DNA of 64,000 nucleotides, from NCBI GenBank assembly GCA_964016885.1, contig OZ024758.1:27590001-27654000 (forward strand). The letters are read 5' to 3'. Shown here piece by piece: positions 39,885-51,588 of the stretch. Position numbers and translations under genes: made by a program. The notes beneath the pieces were generated by a model. It was not told the origin of the DNA and did no database searches. It saw only the letters and a program-made list of their open reading frames with translations. The DNA comes from Eledone cirrhosa (Eukaryota). Every line of letters begins with the position of its first letter. Within the stretch, counting starts at the first letter, position 1.

Positions 39885-40649
39885 CTAATTAAACAAAAGA
39901 TGATTGCTATCATTATCATTATATTAATAGGAAATAGTGGTAAAAATTTAAATAATATTATATACTCTATATCACTAAATGTTATCGTGAAGGATTTATT
40001 ACAACCTAACAATTGTTGTGCCAGTGGCATGACAAAAATCCCCCAGTCCACCTTGTTAAGTGGTTGTTTTGGTGCCAGCATAAAAAGCACCCAGTTCACC
40101 CTGTTAAGAAGTTGTTTTGGTGCCAGAACAAAAATCACCCAGTCCACATTGTAATGTGGTTGGCATTAGGAAGGGCATCAAGCTGTAGAAACCAAGCCAA
40201 AATATAGATCTATATGAGCAAGATGTGGTCTCCTGACCTGATTTGTCTCACAACATGACAACCTGTCTAATCCACGCAAGTGAAGAAAATAGACATTAAA
40301 TGATGATGATGATAAACAATTCATAATAAAACCAAAATTGTTTATATTTGTATATATTATATCAAAACATGGACATAAATAGACAAAATGTAAAGAGGAA
40401 AAAAGCAAGACTGAAGTTAGACTCAAAAGTATGTCTTCTCATAAGTCTTACATTTAATAAATAAACTACATGTTAGTTAAAATAATCCAATAAATCCATG
40501 TTCTACATGTAAAAATACTTTTGTTTTTAATTTTATCCAATCAATAGCACTTGTTAAGTTTTATAATAATACTTTTTCTAATTACCTTCATCCTCTACCA
40601 TAACTCAACTATTGTTGCTGCCATATAACATGACAAAACAGAAGTTTAA

Positions 40650-40812
40650 CCCTTTAGCATTTAAACCAGACCTATCTGGCCATTCATACTGATGTTAAGG
40701 TATTGTTCTAAAATAAATAGTATCAAAATCTTATAGATTCCATATTATGTAAGATAAAGCCTTTACCGCAAAAATACAATAGTAAATATAGAGTAATGTA
40801 AATGCTAAAGGG
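40650..40812. mobile_element. piggyBac-like MITE
   Basis: TTAA|CCCTTTAGCATTT ... AAATGCTAAAGGG|TTAA. Confidence 0.85.
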
Positions 40813-41009
40813 TTAACATATACTGTCCTTTCTAATATGTGTTAGAAATGACAGTGCACCAAAATTAAAATATTTCCTAAAAAAAAATAGAAACTGATTA
40901 TATATAAAAAATTAAAAAAACTGGAATGTAAGCAAGACAGAGAAGGAACATGTAAACATCAAATAAAACCCCAAATTTTGCCACACCCTAAAATATATTT
41001 TCTATTAAC

Positions 41010-41071
41010 CTGACAATCTTTCCTTCTTCTTCACGTGTTAGAGGTCGCAATCCCAAGACAATATGACATAC
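41010..41071 (-). CDS. USP32: USP32 exon (VCHIVLGLRPLTREEEGKIVR)
   Basis: 62 nt, ttgtag acceptor, GTTAAT donor; near-identical to the USP32 VCHIVLGLRP motif. Confidence 0.95.
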
Positions 41072-41269
41072 CTACAATAAAAGATAAAACTAGATCAAAT
41101 TCAATGATTTATATTTGTTCACAGAGCTAACATAGTCAACTGTTTATACAGACAGTTCTAATACATTTTAAAGGTTTATTTAAATGAAGTTAGTAAAATG
41201 TTGATTTAATTCTTAACATCCTGTTATGATTTAGCAGAAAATATCTAAAAGCAATTTTGTTAATTCAAA

Positions 41270-41610
41270 CGTTTATAGTATCTTTACTAAAAAAATCCCT
41301 TAGTCCCTGTCACATTGACCATCACTGGTGGTCCACCTTAGCTGAGAACAGTGATGCCTGGCATCTCACCATCAACCATGCTGTCTCCTCATTGAAAACA
41401 CCCGCAGGGGCCACTCTCGAGGACAACAGGCACAGGATGAAGAATCATAGCACCAAGTCATCAAACCCTGAGCAGATGTTCAGCTGCAGCCACTGTGACC
41501 ATGCCTGCTTGTCCTGCATTGGCCTGAACAGCCACGAGCGTGCCGTGCCTACAGTCAACATGGGCCACCGCCTTCATAATCTTCCTTCACAGAGCCAAGC
41601 CATGAGTATC
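41270..41610 (+). mobile_element. RTE-like LINE 3' fragment with C2H2 finger
   Basis: LKKSL...WSTLAENSDAW...FSCSHCDHACLSCIGLNSHER. Confidence 0.65.
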
Positions 41611-42225
41611 TTTACTAGAGGACAGATTGTTGTGAAAATTTGCTGTATTGGCATAAAAGATTATAATTTTTAATGCAAGCTTTGAAAAATGGATGTAAAA
41701 TGATAAAATGACAATACAGTCATAGTGCTGTTTTATATTCTTCAAGAATGTCTTGTTAATGTTGGGTTTCATACAGTACAGGACATTAATAATTAAAGAT
41801 AGTGTATTCAAGAGAACATTTTGAAGTTACATCTTTATAAGATGAATGGGTTAGGGTGCCTCGTATCAGTGCCATCCAGTACCAGGCCCCAAAACTATAG
41901 CTTTGTTGTGATATGGGTCAGGCTCTCAAACTATGGTTCTGCTGTGAGACGGGTTCAGCGCGGCCAACTGGCCTGTCCCTCCTCATAACAGAGCCATCCA
42001 GTGCCACACTATAAATGTGGTTGGTGTTAGGAAGGGCATCCAGCTGTAAAATACACGGCCAAATTGACAGTCCTCACCAGAGCAAGATGTGACATGGCCA
42101 ACTCTGGCCAGACTTAACTCTCAGCGTGGAAGACCTGTCTAACCCATGCAAGCATGGAAAGATGGATGCTAAACAGTGATGATGATGATGATGATTTTTT
42201 ACAAAATGAATCAAAGAAAATTTAC

Positions 42226-42309
42226 TTGACTAAGAAGATTCAGCAGGTCCTCTGAAAGTGTGTTGTTAACTGTCCACACCAAATACTCTTCCATGGTGAT
42301 ACATCCATC
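42226..42309 (-). CDS. USP32: USP32 exon (DGCITMEEYLVWTVNNTLSEDLLNLLSQ)
   Basis: 84 nt, tttttcag acceptor, GTAAAT donor; resembles GHLTLEDYQIWSV...LNLLFQ. Confidence 0.9.
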
Positions 42310-42415
42310 CTGAAAAAGGTTTGGCAAATTATGCAATGAATATACTGCAAGTTAAATACTATTTTGACAGTGGAAAAAATAACAATAAATAAACTGATGA
42401 ATATTTGAATCTTAC

Positions 42416-42490
42416 TTGGTCTCCATCGTGACAAAGGAGAATCTCCATTGCAACTGTTTCTGGATCTAACCGATGGAAAACATCATTTTC
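42416..42490 (-). CDS. USP32: USP32 exon (ENDVFHRLDPETVAMEILLCHDGDQ)
   Basis: 75 nt, tatag acceptor, GTAAGA donor, phase 0/0. Confidence 0.85.
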
Positions 42491-42544
42491 CTATAATAAA
42501 AAAAATGATAACATTGATAAACAATTGGAATATTATGCGCAAAT

Positions 42545-43020
42545 GCTTCTTCTTCTCCTTCATCACCATTTATTCCTAAAAGGGTTGTGGGGCAGAGTCC
42601 TCAAACACTCCTTCCAGCAGGTCTCGTCAGAAGCAACCATCGCCAACTGATCCGGCTGGATCCCTACGCATGAGCAGCCAAGCTCATGGATGTTATCCAA
42701 CTATCTTACTCGAGGTCTACCCCTGGGTCTCCTGCTGGTCGGTCAGGTCTACTCCTGGGTCACCTACCAGTCAGGTCTACCCCTGGATCTCCTGCCAGCC
42801 AGTCAGGTCTACCCCTGGGTCTCCTGCCAGTCAGGTCTACCCCTGGGTCTCCTGCCGGTCGGTTTTGCTGGTAAAATCTATCCAGCAATTCTTTCCTGAG
42901 ACATTCTAACCACATGTCCTTAATATCGGAACTGTGATCTCTCAATTTGGAGAAGTAGCAGCTCTACCTAAAGTGACTCTCTGATCTACACACTCTATCA
43001 AACAACATTACTCCAGAGAC
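42545..43020 (-). mobile_element. RTE-like LINE 3' fragment with 28-33-bp tandem repeat (42712-42860); relative at 63000-63380
   Basis: RRPRGRP motif and (GAA)n tail on the minus strand; repeated caggtctacccctgggtctcctgcc. Confidence 0.6.
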
Positions 43021-43067
43021 ACAGATGCATTGATTTAAATTTAAAAAATGCAATATTTAATAGCTGC

Positions 43068-43407
43068 ATCATCATCATCATCATTTCACGTCCGCTTTTT
43101 CCCTGCTTGCAAGGGTGGGACGGGAACTGATTCTGGCTTGATTTCTACAGCTGGATGCCCTTCCTAACACCAACCTCATTTACAGTGAGGGCTGGGTGCT
43201 TTTTTGCTGTGCCACCTCCATGACCACTTTGCAGTGGAATGATAGGGACCCCAGTCCCTATCATCTTATTTCTACAGCTGAGTGAACTGGAGCAATGTGA
43301 AATAAAGTATCTTGCTCAAGGAAACAACACATCACCTGGTCTGAGAATTGAACTCTCAACCTTTCTATTGCATATCCAATGCTCTAACCACTAAGCCATG
43401 TGCCTTC
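43068..43407 (-). mobile_element. SINE family A
   Basis: Matches family A consensus. Confidence 0.85.
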
Positions 43408-43581
43408 ATAACTATATATTAAATTTTTTTTAATACTATCAAGATAAAGTCAGGGTGTGGCATAAAATTGTGCATTAAATAAATTTGATCCTAGTTACCC
43501 TAAATTTTGATACCTTTTAGTTTTTGAAGTTAATAGAACTTTTTTTTTTTTATATTTTTGGATTTTTATGTATCATTAGAT

Positions 43582-43765
43582 ATAATTGTTTCTACTTTTG
43601 GCACAAGGCCAGCAATTATTCCAGTACATTACTGGTACTTTATTTTATCGACCCCGTAAGGATGAAAGGCAAAGTTAACCTCGGCGGGATTTGAACTCAG
43701 ATCGTAAAGGGACGTAACTATGCTGGAAAGCATGTCCGACCCTCTACCGATACTGCCAATTCACC
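43582..43765 (-). mobile_element. SINE family B
   Basis: Matches family B consensus. Confidence 0.85.
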
Positions 43766-44065
43766 TCATAAAATGCAGTATGTTAAGAGATGGTAGAGTT
43801 GGAAAAAATAAAATAAATAAAAACAGAAAAAAATCATCTGTAATTCAAACTAATGCAGATAATATTTAATATAAACATCAGAGAGATTAAGCAAATAAAA
43901 TCAACATGTCATAGCATGTGTGATAGGTTGTAATAATTTATATGGAGAATGAAGTAGTTCTATGTGATACTAAAAATTATCTCACTAAATACCACAGGAG
44001 ACGGGTGCTTCTGGCAGGACCTGGTGGGGGATGTGTTTGAGGACTTTGGTCCCATGACCCTCTCG

Positions 44066-44471
44066 GGAAGAAGAAAAAGAAAAAGAGAAAGGAAGAAAAA
44101 AGGAAGAGAAAAGGAGGAGGAGGAAGAAGAAAAAGAAGAAAAAGAAAAAGAAAAGGAGGGGGGGAGAAGAGGAGGGGAGGAGGAGGAAGATAAAGAAGAA
44201 AAAGAAGAAAAAGAAAGAGAAAAAGAAAGAGAAAAGAAAGAGAAAAAAGAAAAAAAGAAAAGAGAAAAGAAAAAAAGAAAGAGAAAAAATAAAAAAAAGA
44301 AAAGGGAAAAAAGAAAAAGAGAAAAAAGAAGAAAAAAAGAGAAAAAAGAAAAAAAGAAGAGGAAAAAGAAAAAAAAGAAGAAAGAGGAAAAAGAAAAAAA
44401 GAAGAAAGAGAAAAAGAAAAAGAAGAAAGAGGAAAAAAAAAAGAAGAAGGAAAAGGAGAAGGAGGAGGAGG
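44066..44471. repeat. Polypurine (A/G) low-complexity tract
   Basis: About 400 nt almost purely A/G. Confidence 0.95.
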
Positions 44472-45006
44472 TAATTTTTAAATATCTTTCAAAGCTTTAC
44501 TTGATTCATTTAATTCTACTGCAATTTAGAACATTCTAGGGTTAAAATGTATATCAACTATTTCTGCAACATCTGAATATATATGACAGCACTTCAGTAA
44601 GCAGTAAGGGTCTAAAGTATGTATGTATGGTCCCTCAACTCCTTGGGGAGTTGTAGGGGTGCCACATTAACATACAGGGTTTCTAGGGCATTTTTAAAAC
44701 CTAGCAGCGCCCATCTCCTCTGCAGGTCTGAATAGAGCAGATTTTTTCCAGAGAAAGAGAGAGAGGATGGAGAATTGACACCAGTAGTAGACTGGTACTT
44801 ATTTTATTAACCTTTAATGACAAATTTGAACTCAGAGAGCAGAAAACCAGAACGAATACCACAAAGCATTCTATCCGACATGACAACTACTCTTCCAATT
44901 CACTGCCTTTTGGTCTAAAGCATATTTACTAACAAATACTGATAAATATTTCTAAGCAGATAAATGTTAAATGTAGAGAGGAATTAAAAACGGCAACATT
45001 ACATAC

Positions 45007-45122
45007 CAGTTCTTCTGGTGAGTTATTCTCTTTACGTATCAATACAAGAGCTTCCAACATTGATTTCAAACCATCTTTATCAAGTTTCCCCTCATGATTA
45101 GTATCAAAGATTTTGAAACAAA
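45007..45122 (-). CDS. USP32: USP32 exon, EF-hand (FCFKIFDTNHEGKLDKDGLKSMLEALVLIRKENNSPEEL)
   Basis: 116 nt, ttccag acceptor, GTATGT donor; in frame with neighbours. Confidence 0.92.
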
Positions 45123-45254
45123 CTGGAAAACAATCCAAGAAAACATTCACCATCATTAAATTAATCAGCAAAATTACTTAATTTTATAAATTTTATTCAT
45201 AACACACTTTGTAGTAAATCAAACATTAGTAGCAACCTTTCAAAATACATAAAT

Positions 45255-45570
45255 GAGCATGGCTTTGTGGATAGAATATTTGGCTTACAATCGTAATGTT
45301 GTGAGTTTGATTCCCAGCGACGCATTGTGTCCTTGAGCAAGACACTTTATTTCACGTTGCTCCAGTCAACTCAGCTGGCAAAAATGAGTTGTACCTGTAA
45401 TTTGAATGGCCAACCTTTTCACATTCTGTGTCACACTGAATCTCCCTGAGAACTACGTTAAGGGTATGTGTATCTGTGGAATGTTCAGTCGCTTGCACAT
45501 TAATTTCATGATCAGGGTGTTCCGTTGATCAGATCAACTGGAACACTCGTTGTCGTAACCAACAGATTGC
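45255..45570 (+). mobile_element. SINE with family A head and a fourth tail type (tail fragments also at 310-440 and 34690-34840)
   Basis: A-type core followed by the ctgaatctccctgagaactacgttaaggg tail. Confidence 0.7.
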
Positions 45571-45599
45571 ATCTTAGTAACAATCTTTCAAAATACAGT

Positions 45600-45976
45600 A
45601 TCATCATCATCATCATTTTACGTCCACTTTTCCCTGCTTGGAAGGGTGGGACGGGAACTGATTTCTACAGCTGGATGCCCTTCCTAACACCAACCTCATT
45701 TACAGTGAGTGCTGGGTACTTTTTTGCAGTGGCACCTACACGTCCACTTTACAGTGTGGGCCAGGTGCTTTTTTCTGTGGCACCTCCATGACCACTTTAC
45801 AGTGGAATGATAGGGACCCCAGTCCTATCATCTCATTTCTACAGCTGAGTGAACTGGAGCAATGTGAAATAAAGTGTTTTGCTCAAGGAAACAACACATC
45901 ACCCGGTCTGAGAATTGAACTCACAACCTTTCGATTGAAAGGCCAATGCTCTAACCACTAAGCCATGTGGCCTCCA
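45600..45976 (-). mobile_element. SINE family A
   Basis: Matches family A consensus. Confidence 0.85.
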
Positions 45977-46393
45977 TGTGCCACAGTATATCAATTAGAT
46001 TTCATAAAACCGTATCCAAGCCATACTTTATCACTTAACACAAAACAAAAGTTACCTTACCGAATTAAGATTTGTTGTTATAAAATATTTTTACAATCAA
46101 TTTACAATTTCTTCTAAGAAAGTTTTCAATTTATTTACATCAAATTAAGGTTACATTGTTTGTATAGTTTTCAAATTATAAGTTTTATATAATAAAAGAA
46201 CTATTTATAAAATAAGCATAATTTACAAGTATATATCATAAATTTTCTGTTTTACATAACCACATTATAGTCCCTAGGTAAACCCCAAGAAAGAAACCCT
46301 GAAGAAATGCATTTCCTTTTTTTTTTTTTTGTGTGTTTTTTTTTTGTTTTGTTTTTTTTAAACTTTGGCAATATCTGGAAGCAAATATTTCCA

Positions 46394-46439
<46 letters not shown>

Positions 46440-47193
46440 TACACACGCATACTGACACACACACATTTATATAGTAAAAAAAAAATAGTAATTAGTAAAA
46501 ACCCAATGGAAGGCCTACTCTCCAGCAGCTAGCCTCTGCAACCTTACTGGTTTATTTAACCTCATCAAAGGAGATAATAGGTTTTTGAAATCACTTCAAT
46601 GATATCAGGATGATGTAGTCTTTTATAGTGTGAGGGTGTATGAGTATCATGCTTACTGACCAGAATTAATGTTTAACAATGGGTAAGGCTACATTCCAGT
46701 AGGGGTGTAGGGATTAGAATATGCTGTGTGAAGGTGGAATCAAATAAAAAAAAGTCTGTATTATAAGAATCCTTCAAGGAAATACTAAAGACTAGTAGCC
46801 GGGCATGACCTTGCTGATTTTCCAGTTATATTGTCAGTTTGAATAACAATTTGACATGGCTTTATTACCCAATAAAACATTCAACAAGTTATACAAAATA
46901 AAATATCTTGGAAAATGTATACAGAGGCGTATATTTGAATTATGTATATGTTTGTGTATATAGGTCAAAGCCTGAATGTATGAATGTTTACAAACATTTA
47001 TACGAGCAGGTGTATATTCAAGGCTTGTAAGTTCCTATGCATTAGTATTGCCACTATAAACATACCTGTACATATCAATATTTATATGTATGTCTAGAAG
47101 TATGTAAGTATATGATAATCCAATGACTCCCTCTGGAGTTAAGGGTGCATCATATGGCATGTATATACACACACACACATATATATATATGCA

Positions 47194-47231
<38 letters not shown>

Positions 47232-47234
<3 letters not shown>

Positions 47235-47595
47235 CATCATCATCATCATCATCAGGTTTAGCGTCCGTGTTCCACGCTTGCATGGGTTTGGACGGGGGTT
47301 TTCCCACTTGAGGCAAGAGTGGTTGTCTTGCTCGCATAGGACTGTCTGGCGGGTTTTCTACAGTTGGATGCCCTTCCTAACACCAACCACATTTACAGTG
47401 TGGGGCTGGGAGGTTTTTACCGTGTTGCCTACACGGCCACATTACAGCGTGGACTGTCTGGCGGGTTTTCTACAGCTGGATGCCCTTCCTAACACCAACC
47501 ACATTTACAGTGTGGGTCTGGGAGGTTTTTACCGTGTTGCCTACACGGCCACATTTACAGCGTGGACTGTGTGTTTTTTGTCGTGACACCTACAC
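47232..47595 (-). mobile_element. RTE-type 3' tail with a duplicated 111-bp segment
   Basis: ggaagggcatccagctgtagaaa module present twice; (GAT)n tail. Confidence 0.7.
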
Positions 47596-47784
47596 GATCT
47601 CATTTGTTTCGGCCTGGATGTTGTGGGACCAACATAACTTTACATTGAAAGGGGCGGTGTGGGTGGGGTGGAGGTGGTGGGACGGGGGGGTGTTTTGATA
47701 GAGATGCCTACTGACTGTAGTAGGTTTTTACTATACAAATACATATATATACACATACACACATATATATGCACACACACATAT

Positions 47785-48136
47785 GGAGGCACATGGCTTA
47801 GTGGTTAGAGCATTGGCCTTGCAATCGAAAGGTTGTGAGTTCAATTCTCAGACCGGGTGATGTGTTGTTTCTTTGGGCAAGACACTTTATTTCACATTGC
47901 TTCAGTTTACTCAGCTGTAGAAATGAGATGATAGGGACTGGGGTCCCTATCATTCCATTGCAGAGTGGTCGTGGAGGTGCCACGAGAAAAAAGCACCTGG
48001 CCAGCACTCACTGTAAATGAGGTTGGTGTTAGGAAGAGCATCCAGCTGTAGAAATCAAGCCAAAACCAATTCCCGTCCCACCCTTGCAAGCAGGGAAAAA
48101 GCGGACGTAAAATGAAATGATGATGATGATGATGAT
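47785..48136 (+). mobile_element. SINE family A
   Basis: Matches family A consensus. Confidence 0.87.
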
Positions 48137-48161
48137 ATACACACACACACACACACACATA

Positions 48162-49240
48162 TTGGAAGCAGCCTGAATTGGCGTGATTCTGAGCTCTTAT
48201 TTCTGTTTCTTGGGCACTGTATACAAGATAAAGCTGAGCATATTGTCTTCGTTTGCCTTCATTTGGATGAATGTGTGAAGTTCTGTGGTAAATTTGTCCA
48301 TGCACGCGGAAACAAAATGGTGGATTCTGCACTTGAGCACCAATGGAAGTGAATGATAGTGATGAATTATATAACTGAATGTTTTCTTAGAAATTCCTAT
48401 AATGAGGATGATTTTTATCAGATAACAATGAAACTAAATGTGGTGGAAATTCTCTTCTGATAGGACATGAAATTTTGCCTTTATGACAACAATTATTAAA
48501 ACGTCCATCTGATGGTTTCTCTACAGAAAAATGTTTTCCTGAATTAAACTGACAATTGGAGTCCATAATTCCCCAGTTATGAATGTGAACTCTGTTTTCT
48601 GGATATGTGTCATTATTAGGTATATGCGGTGGACTGGCAGTATCGGTAGAGGGTCGGATGCCATGCTTTGAACCATAGAGTTACGTCCCTTTATGATCTG
48701 AGTTCAAATCCCGCCGAGGTTAACTTTGCCTTTCATCCTTACGGGGTCGATAAAATAAAGTACCAGTAATGCACTGGGTAATTGCTGGCCTTGTACCTAA
48801 ACTAGAAACAATTATTAGGTATAAAGGAGTTCAAATCCCGCCGAGGTTAACTTTGCCTTTCATCCTTACGGGGTCGATAAAATAGAGTACCAGTAATACA
48901 CTGGGTAATTTCTGGCCTTGTGCTAAAAGTAGAATCAATTATTAGGTATAAAACCTGCATTATTTACACAGACAACTCTCATTGGTATTCCTTTGCCATC
49001 TTTGAATAGACTCTTCTGTTTCGTTTGCAGTCCTTTGCAAAACTCTTTCTCTCTGATATTCTCTCCTTACATCAGTTTCAAAATCAGTTTCATTTTCATG
49101 GCGACATGCTTGTCGAATTCTGTCTTGGTTTCTGATGGCAGCAGATATTTCAGCTGAGATGTTTTCTCTTCTATTCTTCTGTCTTTCTCTTGCTAAACAA
49201 CGTTTCCTTTCAATTGCGCTCTCCATTACTGAAACCAACC
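48162..49240 (-). pseudogene. Helitron RepHel N-terminal fragment, interrupted by SINE B (48626-48942)
   Basis: PPFCFRVHGQIYHR...YAQLYL, FNNCCHKGK and YNSSLSFTSIGAQ motifs plus an R/E-rich N-terminus; stops present. Confidence 0.8.
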
Positions 49241-49572
49241 TAAACTTGTACGACTTAAAACCACAAAAAGCAGGTCATGACTTATAGCTGATGTTGTAAA
49301 AACTCCCTATTTAAAATCTATTACATACATTTCTTAATATAAATAAATTAGGCACATGTATGAACTGTTAAATTAAGGGTAGATGTGTATTTATAATATA
49401 TATTTCAACTGCGGTTGTTTTATATTCTTGATCTGAGTCTAACACATGCTAGCATGGAAGAACTGGCATAAAACGGTGATGATGATACACTAGAGACAAT
49501 AATTATTTTCTCTAATGAGTTTGTATATGTTTGTGTAGATGTGTGTGATTGTAATAATTATTGTTAATTTAT

Positions 49573-49893
49573 GGAGGCACATGGCTTAGTGGTTAGAGCA
49601 TTGGCCTTGCAATAGAAAGGTTATGAGTTCAATTCTCAGACCAGGTGATGTGTTGTTTCCTTGAGCAAGACACTTTATTTCACATTGCTCCAGTTTACTC
49701 AGCTGTAGAAATGAGATGATAGGGACTGGGGTCCCTATCATTCCACTGTAAAGTGGTCGTGGAGGTGCCACGGCAAAAAAGCACCCAGCACTCACTGTAA
49801 ATGAGGTTGGTGTTAGGAAGGGCATCCAGCTGTAGAAATCAAGCCAGAATCAGTTCTCGTCCCACCCTTGCAAGCAGGGAAAAGTGGACGTAA
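49573..49893 (+). mobile_element. SINE family A
   Basis: Matches family A consensus. Confidence 0.87.
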
Positions 49894-50163
49894 AAAAAAA
49901 ATGGAAAAAAAACAAAACAGGTAGAATATGGATGGTAATTCAAGTTAATACGCTTCTCAATGTTACCTAATGGCTGTATTTTGAGATGTGACATCGATTA
50001 TCGTATTTTAATGCATTTTATTTTAGTTACTGAAAGAATATTGGTTATAAGTAATTATTACATACACACACATCTACACAAACATATACATGGGAGTATG
50101 TGAGTGTGTGTGTGTGTGTGTGTGTGTTTGTCAGTGTGTATGCGTGTGTGTGTGTGGGTGCAT

Positions 50164-50556
50164 ATCATCATCATCATCATCATCATCATCATTTTACGTC
50201 CCTTTTCCCAGCTTGCAAGGGTAGGACGGAAACTGATTCTGGCTTGATTTCTACAGCTGGATGCCCTTCCTAACACCAACCTCATTTACAGTGAGTGCTG
50301 GGTGCCTTTTTTTCCATGGCACCTACACGTCCACTTTACAGTGTGGGCTGGGTGCTTTTTTGCCGTGGCACCTCCATGACCACTTTGCAGTGGAATGATA
50401 GGGACCCCAGTCCCTATCATCTCATTTCTACAGCTGAGTAGACTGGAGCAATGTGAAATAAAGTGTCTTGCTCAAGGAAACAACACATCACCCGGTCTGA
50501 GAATTGAACTCACAACCTTTCTATTGCAAGGCCAATGCTCTAACCACTAAGCCATG
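50164..50556 (-). mobile_element. SINE family A
   Basis: Inverted relative to 49573-49893. Confidence 0.87.
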
Positions 50557-50574
50557 AATATATTCATTTTATTA

Positions 50575-50730
50575 AGTAGTGAGTCATGTTACACTGGAGT
50601 TTCACCTGCTTAGCACAGGATCATCAGGCGAAACTCCAGAGTAATAAGACTCGTTATTTAGTCATAAAAAAATATTTAAACTCAACTTTGGCATTGAGTA
50701 CTCTTTTTTCTCAGCCATCAAACACATATG
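50575..50730. mobile_element. Short fold-back element with hammerhead-like core
   Basis: Hairpin 50581-50652; minus strand CTGATGA t-cctg-tgctaag-cagg-t GAAACTCCAG; plus arm GAAACTCCAGAGTA. Confidence 0.55.
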
Positions 50731-50752
50731 GGGAAATTATATATATATATAT

Positions 50753-50963
50753 TTAGTTATGTAATAAACAACATAAGATAATTATTTCATTTACCAGTGG
50801 TTTCTTGAAGGCAGATGTTATGTCTCTCTTCAGTTGTCAGAATGAATAAATAACATGGTGTTTTTATTAAAAACAGACATAACTGAAGACAGACATAACA
50901 TCTGCCTTCAAGAAACCACTGGTAAATGAAATAATTATCTTATGTTGTTTATTACATAACTAA
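50753..50963. repeat. Inverted repeat (arms about 85 bp), degenerate hammerhead-like CTGAAGA...GAAACCACTGGTA
   Basis: 50753-50836 is the reverse complement of 50881-50963. Confidence 0.75.
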
Positions 50964-51020
50964 TAAGCTCTGTAACCTACATAGAACACTCTTTTTCCTG
51001 TACCTTTCCGACGGAAATAC

Positions 51021-51051
<31 letters not shown>

Positions 51052-51061
<10 letters not shown>

Positions 51062-51338
51062 TGTATAGAAGGAGCTTCTACAGGACTAGTACTGTTTCAT
51101 TCAGATGAAATCTTCAGGAAGCTGGATGTCATATTAAGTTCTGGTATTTATACATTTACCACTACCTAAATGTATAAATACCAGAACTTAATATGACACC
51201 CAGCTTCCTGAAGATTTCATCTGAATGAAACAGTACTAGTCCTGTAGAAGCTCCTTCTATACAATAAATATATTTTACTCTGCCATGTATTGAGTACCTT
51301 ACTTACTGTGGTTATCCCCGACTCAACCCGGGACCTAC

Positions 51339-51340
<2 letters not shown>
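51052..51340. mobile_element. Penelope-like fold-back element (arms 51052-51158 and 51167-51273, then a tail) in (TA)n
   Basis: Near-perfect 107-bp stem, 8-nt loop; hammerhead core and AATAAA in each arm. Confidence 0.72.
51202..51252 (+). ncRNA. Hammerhead ribozyme-like motif (inverted copy at about 51073-51123, minus strand)
   Basis: agcttc CTGAAGA t-ttc-atct-gaa-t GAAA c AGTACT a g TC ctgta gaagct; palindromic loop 3; stem I offset by a bulge. Confidence 0.55.
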
Positions 51341-51386
<46 letters not shown>

Positions 51387-51480
51387 CAAATTGTGTTCCA
51401 GAATTATATGGTTGTGAAACCTATAAAAATTTATGTACATTTGTTACAAATTACAAATAAAAAAACCCAAACCAACTAAC

Positions 51481-51588
51481 ATTTCTGTTGCTCTGTTATT
51501 GGACCTCGACAACAAGCTGATATGCCACAAGCCATTTCTTTAAAATCAATATGATTGTCCCGGTTCTCATCAAATGCAAGAAAGAGAC
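51481..51588 (-). CDS. USP32: USP32 exon, EF-hand (GLFLAFDENRDNHIDFKEMACGISACCRGPITEQQK)
   Basis: 108 nt, tttcag acceptor, GTTAGT donor, phase 1/1; EF-hand loop DENRDNHIDFKE. Confidence 0.95.

Noticed and set aside
43964-44539. 191-aa Lys/Glu-rich ORF
   Set aside because: Polypurine tract lacks T, so stop codons cannot occur
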